Below are positions 26,932-41,709 of a DNA stretch of 64,000 bases, in pieces. The stretch is from positions 62,124,001 to 62,188,000 of the forward strand of contig OX597826.1 of assembly GCA_951406725.2 (NCBI GenBank). The letters are read 5' to 3'. A program made the translations under genes and the position numbers. The notes under the pieces were generated by a model. It had not been told where the DNA came from, searched no databases, and saw only the letters and a list, made by a program, of their open reading frames with translations. The DNA comes from Octopus vulgaris (Eukaryota). How positions within the stretch are numbered: position 1 is the first letter of the stretch; every line of letters begins with the position of its first letter.

Positions 26932-27511
26932 AGTGAAATTAGAATGTAATTTGGTGGGAAATATTGTAATGTCTAGGAGGTCGAGGGAAGACGAAGTAAG
27001 AACCTAGTGAAATTAGAATGTAATTTGGTGGGAAATATTGTAATGTCTAGGAGGTCGAGGGAAGACGAAGTAAGAACCTAGTGAAATTAGAATGTAATTT
27101 GGTGGGAAATATGTCTAGGAGGTCGAGGGAAGACGAAGTAAGAACCTAGTGAAATTAGAATGTAATTTGGTGGGAAATATTGTAATGTCTAGGAGGTCGA
27201 GGGAAGACGAAGTAAGAACCTAGTGAAATCAGAATGTAATTTGGTGGGAAATATGACTAGGAGGTCGAGGGAAGACGAAGTAAGAACCTAGTGAAATTAG
27301 AATGTAATTTGGTGGGAAATATTGTAATGTCTAGGAGGTCGAGGGAAGACGAAGTAAGAACCTAGTGAAATTAGAATGTAATTTGGTGGGAAATATTGTA
27401 ATGTCTAGGAGGTCGAGGGAAGACGAAGTAAGAACCTAGTGAAATTAGAATGTAATTTGGTGGGAAATATTGTAATGTCTAGGAGGTCGATGGAAGACGA
27501 AGTAAGAACCT
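26932..27511. repeat. Minisatellite, 8 units of 74 or 68 bp
   Basis: Unit AGTGAAATTAGAATGTAATTTGGTGGGAAATATTGTAATGTCTAGGAGGTCGAGGGAAGACGAAGTAAGAACCT. Units 3 and 5 lack 6 bp. Confidence 0.95.
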
Positions 27512-28264
27512 GTTGACCTATATTTTATGCAAGCTGAACAGCAATGGCATCGATCTTACTCGTCTCGAAGAACTTGCAAACGCTCTTGATACATCCCTCC
27601 TCTTTCACTTCCCCGACATCTTCCTTCTACACTTCTTCCGATAAAGACAATGTAAAGGAAAAAGAGCCTAGTCAAAGGAAAAAAAAAAAAAAAAAAACAA
27701 TCTAAAAAATGATAACCATAAACATTGGTAGATTGGAACTATCCCACCAAATCGATTCCGCAGCCATCTCCTGTTATCGCCCACCCCCCTTCCCACCAAC
27801 AATTATCCCCATCAAATCTAATTCTCTATTTTACAACCCAAGAGACCATTCTTGGGAGACTTGAAAAATTTAAAAAAACTTCATCAAAATTACTCATTGA
27901 ATAAAAAAAACCCAGAAAATACAATTTACTAAAATTCAACAGACGTAAAAATGCAAACGTTATTGTATCTTAAGAAAACAAAAAAAAACAAAAAAAAAAA
28001 CTAGGAGTTTGTAATTTTAAAATGGATCTCATAATGACAGTTTTCAAATTTGGTTGTTACTACTTTTAAACATAGTTTTCCATTTTAGATACACGCACTT
28101 TTGCATAGACATACATTACTGTTCTCACGTATACGCATATCCTCCGTTACGTACATCTCACACATTTGAAGCGCCATCCAATATTTTCAATCTCACAGCC
28201 ACTAATAATCATTATATAGGCTTAACAATCATGCAGTCTCTTTCACCCTGCCTGTCTTTCTCTG

Positions 28265-28319
<55 letters not shown>

Positions 28320-29241
28320 TATTTTCTCACATACACACAGACATACTCATGCGCGCCCAATGAACTGTATCCCTTCTGTCGCTTACAGCCATAAACACAT
28401 TTAGATGGCAATTTTAATACCTCGCTTTCACACATGCATACAAAATACACTCCAGATCTCTCTCCTCTCCCCCTCTCTCTCTCATACACACAAACAAACG
28501 TACATACAAACCATTATATACCACTCTTACTCCTGTTACTCTTTCTCCCTGTCTCTCTCTCTCCCTCCTACTTTCCCCTACCTCTCTCTCTTCTACTTTT
28601 TCCCTCTCACTCTCTATCCTTCTTTCGCTCTCTCCTCTACCCACATGTTCCGCACTCTTATGTCTCCATACAAACTCCATACTCTTTGAGATACCAAATT
28701 TCTATTAACCTGTTGCGTTCTCGTGCACACATCGCCTAACAACCGACAAATATTTTTACTTCAAATTCATCTTTATCACTCTCTCTTTCTGTTATTCTCT
28801 CTCTCTCACACTTTCTCTGTCTCTGACACACACACAAACATCCATACACGCGAAAAATAACACTAGCAAACAGGCACATATATATACAATGTATTTGAGA
28901 ATGCTATGTGTGTGTGTGTTTATGATATATATATATATATATATATACAGAGAGAGAGAGAGAGAGATGCATGTCATCCTTTTTGCGCACATAAAGACTT
29001 TTTCGATAAAATTCTTTCGTTTCCACACTCTCTCATTCTCTCTGTCTGTCTGTCTATTTGTCTCTTTCTCTCTCACGCACACATACGAACACACTTGCAC
29101 GCGCGTGAATATAAACACACTCACACACGCACATACTCGCACACACTCACACACACATTCATACACATACACACTTTCGTTCTTTACTTCTGATAATTTG
29201 CAGTATAAATCATTCTATATTTATTTCTAAAGTCGACCTCA

Positions 29242-29553
29242 GGGCGAGCTGGCAGAATCGTTAGGACGCCGGGCAAAATGCTTACCAGTATTTCGTCTGA
29301 CGCTACGTTCTGAGTTCAAATTCCGCCGAGGTCGACTTTGCTTTTCATCCTTTCGGGGTCGATTAAATAAGTACCAGTTACACACTGGGGTCGATATAAT
29401 CGACATAATCCGTTTGTCTATCCTTATTTTTCGTCTCTATGTTTAGCCCCTTGTGGGTAGTAATGAAATAGGTATTTCGTCTGACGCTACGTTTTGAGTT
29501 CAAATTCCGCTGAGGTCGACTTTGCCTTTCATCCTTTCGGAGGCAATTAAATA
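29242..29553 (+). mobile_element. SINE family C, head plus ~1.5 body units
   Basis: Head GGCGAGCTGGCAGAATCGTTAG; the body repeats after GAAATAGGTATTTCGTCTG. Confidence 0.85.
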
Positions 29554-30639
29554 AGAGAACGAAAAGACGATGGTGGGGAGTTCCAGAGAAAAGTAGTTCG
29601 AAACAAGAAGGTATTGGAATATAAGGACCTATGAATAACAGGAAGCACAAGTAAGAAAATATGCTCCGGAGACGGGAAGTGGATGATAAGCTTAAAGGTC
29701 TTAGCAGATGGTGTCGGAGCCTAATGTTCTTCAGCGTATTAATAGAGAATGTTATTGCCAAAAGTGGCGAATAGCTTCAACTGGAGAATCAGCAAACAAA
29801 ATGATACTTGATATTTTGTTGCATATTTCACGTTTTCAGTTCAAAGACTACTGGATACTAATTTGCCTTTAATCCTTCTCGCTCTAACTAGTCATGTGCC
29901 ATGTCTACAGACGTCAACGGCCGGTCCAAATTTGAAGATTCACGATGTTTTCTTGGAAAAGGTAGAACAATGATTTATCGTTGCTTACTGTCGGTTTATT
30001 TTCAGTTTTTCTCAAGCTCTTGCTTTCCCAAAATTATCCGTGGCTGCCCAGAACCTATTTTCAACTGTTGAGCAGTATGTAAAGACTGGTTTATATAATA
30101 TCAAGGCGTATCTACACACTGGGATGAGGGCAACTCTGTGATACATATCTTGTAGGTCTTAGTCACAGGATATCTGCGAACTGATCCTTAACTGGGAGCC
30201 TTGAGAGGTACTACAACTCCAAGTTAGAGCATACCAGGCAGTAGAGGTAACTAACGTGTAACTTCTACGCTATTAATAAACCCCAATTCTCTCTATTTGT
30301 ATTTATCTCTCAGTCACTCTTTCTTTCATCTGTCTCTCTCTCTGTCTCTCTGTCTCTCTCTCTCTCTCTCGCTTTCTTACTGTCTGTTTCTCTACTGCTG
30401 TCTCTTGCCGTGCCAATAAAAAGGATAAAACAAAAGAGAAAAGAAAGTATACAAGCGCAAAGAGCTTTTGTTTTAACCAATAAAATTCTAAATGAAAAGC
30501 AATCTTGAAGAATGTTGCTAAATAAACAGTACTTTCCATGTAGAAACTATTGACAAGATTATAATTCATATTTTCTAGAGTCAATGAATTGTCTGTAATA
30601 ACATTTCTGTAATGTTCTGCAAATAAATCGAGTAAGATT

Positions 30640-31015
30640 TTTCGTTCCATCTCTACACATTCGTCAACATCAATTAAGTCTCGTCCACCATGATCTCTCT
30701 TCATATAAAACCGGTTGATATCAGCTTTCGGTTGATGGGCTTTCCACTCAAGTTTCTGGATTTCGCCTTTTGTTCCACCCACAATTCGAATTCCATATCC
30801 GATGACTGCAACTACTCTTGAAGTAATTGCTTCAATAACATTTCTTGAATTGATTGTAATATTTTCCTCTTCGTATACTTCCTATTTGCAATTTGCTTCA
30901 CCTCCTCATTTTTCGTTTCATCTACCTCCAATGTACTTAAATACTTATGTTCTTGTCCTTTCATAAATGCTTTCCTTCTTTCCCCCTTTGGCGTTTCAAT
31001 TTCGTTCCCTATTCG
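30640..31015 (-). mobile_element. Older R4/Dong-like RT C-terminal fragment
   Basis: HQPKADINRFYMKRDHGGRDL motif (PKAD..RLY..R..GGRGL type). Confidence 0.75.
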
Positions 31016-31032
31016 TTATCGAAATAGCGTAC

Positions 31033-31110
<78 letters not shown>

Positions 31111-31120
31111 CATTATTATT

Positions 31121-31185
<65 letters not shown>

Positions 31186-31237
31186 TAATAATAAGAAGAA
31201 GAGGAAGATGAAGAAGAAGAAGAAGAAGAAGAAGAAA

Positions 31238-32253
31238 CAAGCACAGAAAAAGCTAGGCGCATGAAAACCCGTGCCAAAGCTGCGGCCTTAGATATTCTGA
31301 ATAATAAATGGCAAGAAAAACCTCTCTATGGCAAATACCCAAAGAGAGCGAATAATGCAGATATCGACAAAGCCCTGACCCATCAATGGCTAATGGCCTC
31401 TGGCTTAAAATCTGAAACAGAGGGGTTTATCATAGCAGCTCAAGATCAATGCCTGACAACAAGAAACTACCAGGCCAACATATTAAAGAACGGCAGTAGC
31501 CCAACATGTCGTGTATGCCGACAACAAAATGAAGCCATTGATCATGTTGTCTCCAAATGCAGTCTTCTAGCGCCTACAGAGTACCTCAATAGGCATGATA
31601 GAGCTGCACAATATATTCACTGGGTAATTTGCAAAAACCTGGATTTGCCCCATGAAAAAATCTAGTGGGAACACAATCCACCTCCAGTGCTTGAAAATGA
31701 CCACATCTCACTCCTCTGGAACTTCACCATTCAAACTGACAGGAAGATAGATGCAAATAGGCCAGACATCATATTGAAAGACTTCAGACAAAGAACATGC
31801 CTCCTCATTGATATGACTGTCCCAATCGATATAAACGTATCTGCCAAGACCTACCAAAAACTGAGCAAATATAAAGATCTTCAAATAGAAATCAGCAAAA
31901 TGTGGAAGCTGAAGACTAAAACAATACCTGTTGTCATAGGTGCCCTGGGAATGATAGCGAAAGGGACTGATTGCTACCTAACTCAGATACCAGGAAACCC
32001 CAAAATGGCAGAAATTCAAAAGATAGTGCTCATGGGAACTGCTCATATCCTACGCAAAATACTCTCTATGTAATCCCAAGGTTTAAAGCAAACTTTTTTA
32101 AAATTTTTATTTATATTTTTAAAATTTTTTTTTAGAATTTTATTTTTATTTTTAATATATGGCACAGGAATTCCAACCTGTTGTCTCTTGAGGTCTCTGG
32201 GTGAGACTTGGAGCCAACTTGTACAGACATGAAGCAAAAGTGAAAACATAGAA
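31238..32253 (+). mobile_element. R4/Dong-clade non-LTR retrotransposon, 5'-truncated, relatively young
   Basis: ORFs 31261-31665 and 31687-32073 contain GLKSETEGFIIAAQDQ, CRVC..E..DHVVSKC, RHD, RPDIILKD, LIDMTVP and KLSKYKDL. (TAA)n/(GAA)n lies upstream and (TAA)n downstream. Confidence 0.93.
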
Positions 32254-32255
32254 TG

Positions 32256-32323
<68 letters not shown>

Positions 32324-32353
32324 TAATAATAATAATAATATTAATAATAATGA

Positions 32354-32562
32354 GATGCCGAGTTGGCAGAACTGTCAGCGCGCCGGTCAGAAGACTTATT
32401 AGCATTTCGTACGTCTTTACATTTTGATTTCAAATTCCGCCGCGGTCGACTTTGCCTTCCATCCTTTAGTGATCGATAAAATAAGTATCAGTTGATCCCT
32501 GTGGTCGATGTAATCGACTTACTATCGCCACCGAAATTGCTGGTCTTGTGCCAAAATTTGAA
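32354..32562 (+). mobile_element. SINE family C
   Basis: GAGTTGGCAGAA...CAAATTCCGCC...GTCGACTTTGCCTTCCATCC...TTGTGCCAAAATTTGAA. Confidence 0.75.
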
Positions 32563-32574
32563 GTTCTTCTTCTT

Positions 32575-32675
<101 letters not shown>

Positions 32676-32848
32676 GTGTATGCTAATTACAAGTGAGAGA
32701 TTTGGGAAAGTATTTAATGACAGGCGTCTTAAATTCAACCGGAGTAAGCACCACCAGACCAAACACAGCAACCATATCTCGACGACGAGAGACGAATCCA
32801 ACGATGATGACGAGGGATGGTGATAATGATGTTGATCAACATCATCAC

Positions 32849-32895
<47 letters not shown>

Positions 32896-32982
32896 ACCAG
32901 ACAATGCCAAAAATGACACCAATAACGAAAACCATTATCAAATCAACATCACCACATCAAGAAATACAACCATCAGCACTAC

Positions 32983-33013
<31 letters not shown>

Positions 33014-33499
33014 AACAGCGACAGGTGGCATAGTAACTTGAAGTTGGTCAGTAGGCTAATTACCAAGCGGTAGAGATTCTTCCAATTAACACCCATTACA
33101 TCGCTTCTTTCGATAATGTGATGGTGTTGTGTGATGGTGGTGGTGGTGGTGGTAGTGGTGGTGGTGGTAGTGGTAGTGTAGTTGGTGGTACGAACGTTTG
33201 TATAATGGTCAGAGCTACGATGTAGTGATGGCAGATGATTTTGTTACGGACCAATGAAGAAGTGCAAATTGGGTGAAATGGAACGTGGTGGGAATTATGA
33301 CAGTGAAATATGAATAGCGTAGGATGATGACTAAACAAGAATACAAGAAGCACACATACACACACAGACACACACAGATACACACACACACACACACACA
33401 CATACACACACACATAGAGACAAACACACACATACACACTCCCTCGCACACTCGCACACACGTACACTCTCAAAAAGTGTGATAGTCTATATTGACATA

Positions 33500-33547
<48 letters not shown>

Positions 33548-33554
33548 TAGAGAG

Positions 33555-33604
<50 letters not shown>

Positions 33605-33636
33605 GTAGATAGATAGGTAGATAGATAGATAGATAG

Positions 33637-33704
<68 letters not shown>

Positions 33705-33842
33705 GTCTAAATATATATACTTGATCATTCCGTAGTTACACGGAAATAATCACGAAAGTTTTCTTTCATACATCTACGTATGTATTTGTGGCTATACATT
33801 TCTGTTGAACGTTTAGATATTTATGTGCGCGTGTGAGTGTGT

Positions 33843-33894
<52 letters not shown>

Positions 33895-34599
33895 TTCATA
33901 AACGAGAGTGAGTGTATGCAGTACGTGTTAGAGCGTGAGATTATTTATTCATAACAAGCTGTCACCTTTCTCCTTCTTCCAACACTGAGCCCATCGTCAC
34001 TATTCGTTTGCCAGAGGATAAACTTCTGAAATTTACGTATCAGAAGCCTAGTTTGTGTGGGTGTATACGTACACACACACTCACACACATGCATACATTT
34101 ACATATACATGTATACATACATACATGCAAGCATACATAAATCATACACACATAGATACATGTTTACTAAGATATATATACAAGAACGCACATATACCTT
34201 CGCAAACACAACCCCACGCACAACCCCATGCATACACACATACACCACACTCAAAACACACACACACACCACAAACAAACTACGCACACAACATACACAT
34301 GCACGCAGACACATATACACACACATACACACCCTTCAGACTGTCTGTCAAACACTTTTCCACTGACCATCCCCTTCACGAACATGTTAAGAGACACACA
34401 GCTACAGAAAAGAGCACCACTCCTGTTACCTTAGCTGTTGAATTCTTCCTGCAACCTTAACAGACACAAAAATTACTCGAACATACAAGTATACACAGTT
34501 AATACCACACACACACACAGACACTCGTCGCTGGCACACACGCACACATACATACAGATATCTTCTTTTACAAGCTCCTATCTTAGAAAGAACTTTTTT

Positions 34600-34842
34600 T
34601 TCATTCATTCATTCCCTTCCGGTCATTTCAAAATACAAGTACATCGCGATTGTTGGCGGTTGTTTTTCTTTCGTCTGACTTTTCTCTTGGACATTCCTCT
34701 GTCACCTATTTCTGAAGAAGAGCTTTGCACAAAACGTTAAACAACCTTTCTTTCCTTCCCTGAGCGTTTTTAATACTATGCATGTACGACGTCCTCGCGC
34801 TGAGGTTTTGTCATGTTGCATATTTTACTTCGTTCTTTTGGA

Positions 34843-34848
<6 letters not shown>
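34600..34848 (+). mobile_element. Short element ending in (TA)n with dead hammerhead motif
   Basis: CTGAAGA-A-GAGC-TTT-GCAC-AAAAC-GTT at 34712-34738 (GAAA changed to AAAA). The 3' end abuts (TA)n; the 5' boundary is approximate. Confidence 0.45.
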
Positions 34849-34920
<72 letters not shown>

Positions 34921-35012
34921 CGATAGATAGATATACACACACACTTTTACACACTCACGCCTATATTCATACATACATATATACATACATATATATATAC
35001 ATATATACATAT

Positions 35013-35069
<57 letters not shown>

Positions 35070-35444
35070 GATGTGTGCGTGTGTGAACATCTGTGTTTGG
35101 GTATATTCATGTGTGAGTGAGTGCTCGTATACTTACAGTTAATATATCGCGTTGTATATTGCTATTTCTATCACAATCCTTTTAAAAGTAGAAACGTCTC
35201 CAAAATATACTTCGGCAATTGAAGAACTTCTGGATACACTTTAAATTTCACAATAAATGGAGTACAGTGATGCTACATTAGTATTAGTTCCTGTTTTAAA
35301 ATCTATTACATTACTACACACACACATAAATACAAACAGTCACACACATCGTATTATTCTATCAGTCACCTACAAATAGGTGCTATAACATCTGTGTATC
35401 TATATGTGTGAGGGGCGTGCGTGTGTACATTTGTGTGTGCGCGC

Positions 35445-35475
<31 letters not shown>

Positions 35476-35635
35476 CAGGTCAAACTTAATGGTGGAGTGA
35501 CATTTTAGGCATGAGTCGTGATTGGAAATATACAAATCTCCGCATCATAAAACGTTAAGTAGTAAAAATTTTATTGCATAGTATTATATACATACTAACA
35601 TACATACATATAATATATATGTATATATATGTATG

Positions 35636-35695
<60 letters not shown>

Positions 35696-35714
35696 GCACA
35701 CACACAAACACACA

Positions 35715-36885
35715 CAGAGACATGACAGAAGTAAATAGACACACCATAAAACTTCATTTTATGTTAATTCTAACTTGTAATGGTGTATATTTTTATCAAT
35801 TGATATTTTTATCTTTCAGGTTTCTATATGTGACTGTTTAATGGTGTCGTGTGCAAAAGAAGACTTGGGATTGTCTGAATTTCAAAGAAACCGTATTCTG
35901 AAGGTGGACTAAACCGAAAATCGCAGAAAACCTTAGGATCTCACTTTCTACTGTTACTAGAGTAATCGTGCAATTCACCAAAGAGGGAAGGAGTCCACAT
36001 CATCTCACACAGATCAACCACGGCCCTCTGACATGCCTCTTTTCTTATATAGAGAATAATCCTCGATGCAAAGCCTCTGACATAGCAGAACAAGTTGATG
36101 TCAGTCCCAGAACAGGTATCTCCACAAACTTGTTTTTTTTTGTGGCATAGCAGCAAGAATGAAGCCACTTCTTCGACTAGCCAACATCAAGCGGAGAAAC
36201 GACTGGGGCAGTGAGGTGTTAGAAAGGCCACTAATATTTTGGGACACTGTCATACTCTCTGATGAGTCCAGATTTGCTGTATTTTATGACAGTGGTCGAG
36301 TTTTTTTTCCGGAGACTCTGTGGTCAAGAATTTGATATGTAAAGTTTGCAGCAAACAATGAAACACGGCAGCTATTCTATGATGGTCTGGGGAACAATTT
36401 GGACCAATGGTTGTTCAGAGCTGGTGGAGTGTGAGGAAAACATAAACTCAGATAAGGATGTGTCCAATCTTCTCCAGTGGGGAAGTGATTAACGAAGTCT
36501 CTTTATGTCACTATGCTAAAATGAACCAAGATTTCTTGGATGAGAAATGTATTACAAAGATTCCATAAAAAAGCTTACAAGCCAGTCACCAGAAATGAAC
36601 CCTACTGAACATCTCTGGGACGTAATGGACAGGACACTTTATAAAAGGAAGAACAAAGCATCTTCAAAGCCAGGTCTCTTGAGATTACTGCATGAAAGGT
36701 GGCAAGAAATTCCGCAAGAGAATATTCGTCTTTTGATCAGTAACATGATTAATAGGGTCCTTGCATTGAAAAATGCAAAAGGCATGTCTACTAAATACTA
36801 AATATTCACATTATAACAATCAATAAATAATTTGAATAAATTTCAATGATTATAGGGTTGTCTATTTATTTTTGTCATGCCTCTC
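35715..36885 (+). mobile_element. Tc1-like DNA transposon, decayed
   Basis: TIRs CATGACAGAAGTAAATAGACA / TGTCTATTTATTTTTGTCATG. Fragments SDESRF, KHGSYSMMVWG, SPEMNPTEHLW and KNAKGMSTKY. Confidence 0.85.
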
Positions 36886-36889
36886 TATT

Positions 36890-36989
<100 letters not shown>

Positions 36990-37424
36990 CACATATATAT
37001 ATATATATACATATATATACATATATATATATATATACACATATACATACACACACACATATATATAAATAAAAAAACGGAAATAAACAACAACTAAACC
37101 GAATTTGCTACAAGAACGTACGTCATTCATCCGGTCAGGGAATTCGACAACATACCAATGCACTATCATTGATGACACTCACTTCTCTCAGGAACAGACT
37201 CAGTTGATGTCGATATCTCGTTCCTCCCTTACTCACGGCCATAGAATCTTTGGCTGACGATAAAAAATGTCTTTCAACTTCACACGTCATTTCTCTATTA
37301 GCCAAAAATATTCTATTATTACAAACATAACCCACTACACACACATGCACAAACACATATCTACCTAGAGAAACATGAACCTACACACACACACATATAT
37401 ATACATATATACATATATATATAT

Positions 37425-37525
<101 letters not shown>

Positions 37526-37761
37526 AAATAGTGAAGAAACTACAGAAGGCTTGTGTTATAAGTTTAAAGAATATATTTAAGTCGTTATGTTAGAAAAATG
37601 TTAGAAAACTTTGCGTATAGTAACATATAAATATATATATATTATATTGATAAAACGGTAAGATAACAAAAGAAAGAAAGAGACCTCAATATTATGTAAA
37701 TAGAGGAAATTTATCTATACAATATGTTACGTTACTCGGTAGCTACCGAGTAATGTAACAT

Positions 37762-37813
<52 letters not shown>

Positions 37814-38274
37814 CATACGGTAAAAGTGTAAACAACAAATTAAAAAGGGCAAGGTGGGGCTTATCAACAATTAGAACCTAGAGGCAAAATTAATAGAGGA
37901 CATCTATTAATTTTGTTTTCAGCTTCTAATTGCTAATAAACCACCCTTTTAATTTGTTATTTACACTCCTACCGTTCTGAAAATCACCACATGTTTTCAA
38001 CAGCTTTTCTTTTAAGATTCAAAAAGGAAGTTGAGTTCAATCCTAAGTGCTAAGAGCCGCCCATGAGAATTAAGCTGGTCTACATCAAAATTCGAAATCG
38101 CGATACAGACATATATGCTAGAGACATAAGTCCCTTTGCCAGTCATTAAATATAGTAATTTAGTGGATTAGGAGTTAATTTAACTTTTATTTTACCATAT
38201 GCGGTGCTAGTCATCACCAACCGTCACTTTTCTGACCTCTATTAATTTTGCCTGTGTATATATATATATATAGA

Positions 38275-38697
38275 TTACTTCTGGCCATACGGTCAGCAAA
38301 GAGTATATTGTGGAGATTTTGAGGGAATTTAGGAAAATATTTAATCGCAAACGCCAGAGCACCTGCACCAGGGTAATGCACCAGTCCTAAACCATCCTGA
38401 CACCCAATTATTTGACAAATATGGGCAGAAAATCTTACCTCCAACCTATCTACCGTGCAGACTTTACTATGACTTTTCGTTGTTCCCCAAGATGAGGGAG
38501 AAAATGGAGGAAGCCGTGACAAGGATCCGCGGCATCTTCACTTTGGAATACTTCCATGGGGCCTTCAAGAAGTGGAGATCGCTATTAGTGCATTGAAATC
38601 AGTGGATATGGCTTTGAAGGCGATCAGGGTTTTGTACGTTTTTGAAATTAACAAACATCTCTCCTGAAAAAAATCCTGAAGTCTTTTGGATACACTT
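38275..38697 (+). mobile_element. Mariner 3' fragment
   Basis: Degenerate translation GHTVSKEYIVEILREFRK..LHQGNAP..DF.LFPK, resembling a mariner DD34D C-terminus. Confidence 0.6.
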
Positions 38698-39409
38698 TTT
38701 ATATGCTTGAAAATAGACCGATACACAAATGCTACAATGAATTACAAAATATTTCTGTCTAATGTTTATCGTAGGTACATTAAACATTAGACTACCTTAA
38801 ATGATTGTCACTTTTGCACAATATTATCGTAGACTGAAAATGACTGAATATACGTGTTCTATATTTACTGAGATGTCATTAAATAACTAACAATGCGCTT
38901 ATAACTTACCCTAATGACAGCCATTATATAACCATTGTCATTAAAGGATTATCATTTGGATATTCCAATTTGCATAAATGATGCACTCTCTACAGATAGT
39001 TAGATTAATTACTGATTGATGCATTTGCTGTATCCGGGTTTTTATACTGTAATCTATTACAGAATAAACACAGTGCATTCAAGCAATATTGCATATCTTA
39101 ACTTAACGCAATTAATCAAAAATTGCATTTCACAATCGAAAACTAATTGTTCCGTATATTAACTTTGCCTGGTGACAAATAAAAGGGATCTTTATTGTAT
39201 TTCATCCGCAACTAATTATTCGTATCTAACTGTTAACTTTAACACGACATTTTTGTGGGTGGGTGTATTGACACAATATTTACAATACACACAAAATGAA
39301 TACGCATACGGGCTCTTATACACAAAGAGGTACTTAAATGGGATAAATAGGAACGGTGTGAAAGCAGACACACAAACACATGCATACACACATACACATT
39401 TGTATGTGC

Positions 39410-39460
<51 letters not shown>

Positions 39461-39469
39461 TGTGTTTTA

Positions 39470-40020
39470 CTTCTTTCACTTATTGGACAGCTGCTATGAT
39501 AAGGCATTGCCGTGAGGGGTTGTAGTGGAACACATTGACCCCAGAACTTTTCTAAAGTACTGGTACTTATTTTATCGGACTTTTTAGCCGAACCGCTAAC
39601 CAAACCAACACCTGTGGTTTGTTTCTGAAACGTTGGAGGAGGACAACACAAACACAAACACACACAAACATTCACACATTTAATGGTTGTGTGGTAAAAA
39701 GCTTGCTTCCCAACCACATGGTTCCAGGTTCAGTCCTACTGCGTGGTACCTTGGGCTGATGTTATCTACTATAGCCTGGTGCCGACTAAATACATGTGAG
39801 CGAATTTGGTAGACGGAATCTGAAAGAAGCCAGCTGTATAACATATATGTGTGTGCGTGTGCGTGTTTGTACCCCCACAATCGCTTGACAACCGATGTTG
39901 GTGAGTTTACGGCAAACGAAACCGATAGAATAAGTCCTGGAGTCGATTTGTTCGACTAAAGGTGATGCTCCAGTATGGCCGCATTCAAATGACTGAAACA
40001 AGTAAATGAATAAAAGAATA
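39470..40020. mobile_element. Inverted pair of SINE family B copies (minus 3' half, then plus copy)
   Basis: Minus fragment at 39470-39660; plus copy at 39683-40020. Confidence 0.7.
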
Positions 40021-41709
40021 TACACACACACACATACACATACATATAGTTGAAAAGGGGTTAGGAGTGCATACAAATAAATAATTATGGTTAAAATGTA
40101 GACAATTTTAGAAAGTCACATAAGTATATTTTAGAGAATGTTCACTGTTTTTGTTAGTGATTGAAATCAGAGTGAGTCAATTACTATATATATTAGTTAT
40201 TTCAACAATGAGCTTCGAATATTAATTGATGTTTTCCTTGCTTCTTCAGACCATCATATGTAAGCTTACGTGTGCGATCGGTTAGCGTGCGAGTACCTGT
40301 GTGTTCTTGTGCGTGGGAATGAGCAGACAATACGTTTAAACAGCATTAAATTCCATTTCAATATGCTTAGTCCTTCAACGCTGAAAGTCGGGATTGACTT
40401 GGTGATTATAGTTTTAATTAATTTGATATATAATATCGTCCAGAGTTTACTTGCTTTCCAGTGATAATGATAATTTCTTTTAGTTATGTACTGGAATTCT
40501 ATTTTAAAAGAACTTTCGTCGATATTTTCTCTTTTAAAATCTTAATCAATCCTGCACGTACAAACTATTTGTAAAATTTATTCTAAAACAAATTACTAAA
40601 TAGAAAACAATAGACGACGCAGTCTTTTTTCTTCTTTCTTATATCAATTTGTTATGCATTTGAAAAGGAAAATCCCATCAGATTTACTTCTAAAATAACT
40701 GGTTTAATGGATATCATCTTGATATTGATTTCATGTTGAAATTGATAGCTTTAAATCTTAATCTAAATATATTTCAGACATTTTAATTTTGAGACAGTGA
40801 TATTTTATTAACCACCATTTAAATAATCTTTTAAACCAAGAATGGCGTCTTTTGTAGAACTATAAATTATCCACATATATTTCGTGATAAAATCTCATTT
40901 AATTTCTCAACAATGTAATTCATTTTCTCATAATTTTATCCATAATTTGCTTCGAGCCTGCTCTTACCTGATAGGAAACCCTGAATACTTGGATGATCAA
41001 CTGAGATCTCGATATTTGGTCCAAAACGTTTTGCAATCAACTCGTGAAAATCCGATAAGCTTGCTCCACAGGCTAGATTAATAATCTTACTTACGTTAAT
41101 ATTATGGTGGTGAATCCGCCATTATAAGGAAGACATTGAAATGACTAAGGACGAAGTGCATTACAACTGCAAACCATAATGAAATACAGGTACAACATTG
41201 ATTTTCTAGTTACTCTTTGATAGAAAAAACCTCCTTTCTTTTAGTAGCAATAGATCTCTAAAACTGACAAGTGGCTCTTGAACTTGTGAAAATAGATTCG
41301 ATTCTGAGCATCATTAAGTAAAATATAAATGAGTCCTACCAAGGGTTAGCCTAATGCTCTTCAGAAATACAGATTTATCGGTTGTTTAATTCTAGCTAAA
41401 AGTTTGATGACCTCACGACTTTTGGACGTAGGACAATTTACCTGGAAAAATGATGAGTTAGATGTAGTAGCTAAATATCCCTCAAATCCTGTTATGCGAA
41501 AAAAAAAATGGATACGCTGAGGTTTAATAAAAAGAGGTCTTGCTAAAACTAAATTATCGCTAATCAAAAGTCTGTCGAATTAGGTTTATACGGTGGTGAT
41601 GTTGGTGGTTGTGCGGCGGCGGCGTTGGTGATGGTGGTGTAGCGGCGGCGGTGGTGATGGTGGTGGTGATGGTTGTTGTTGTGGTGGTGGTGGTGAGGAT
41701 ATAACACGG

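Noticed and set aside
26932-27511. CRISPR-like appearance of the regular array
   Set aside because: Units are contiguous and near-identical with no unique spacers; eukaryotic context with no cas genes.
40960-41040. Good minus-strand donor CAG|GTAAGAG as a candidate upstream exon
   Set aside because: Translation (LIIQVFRVSYQ) does not resemble the expected GABA-B segment.
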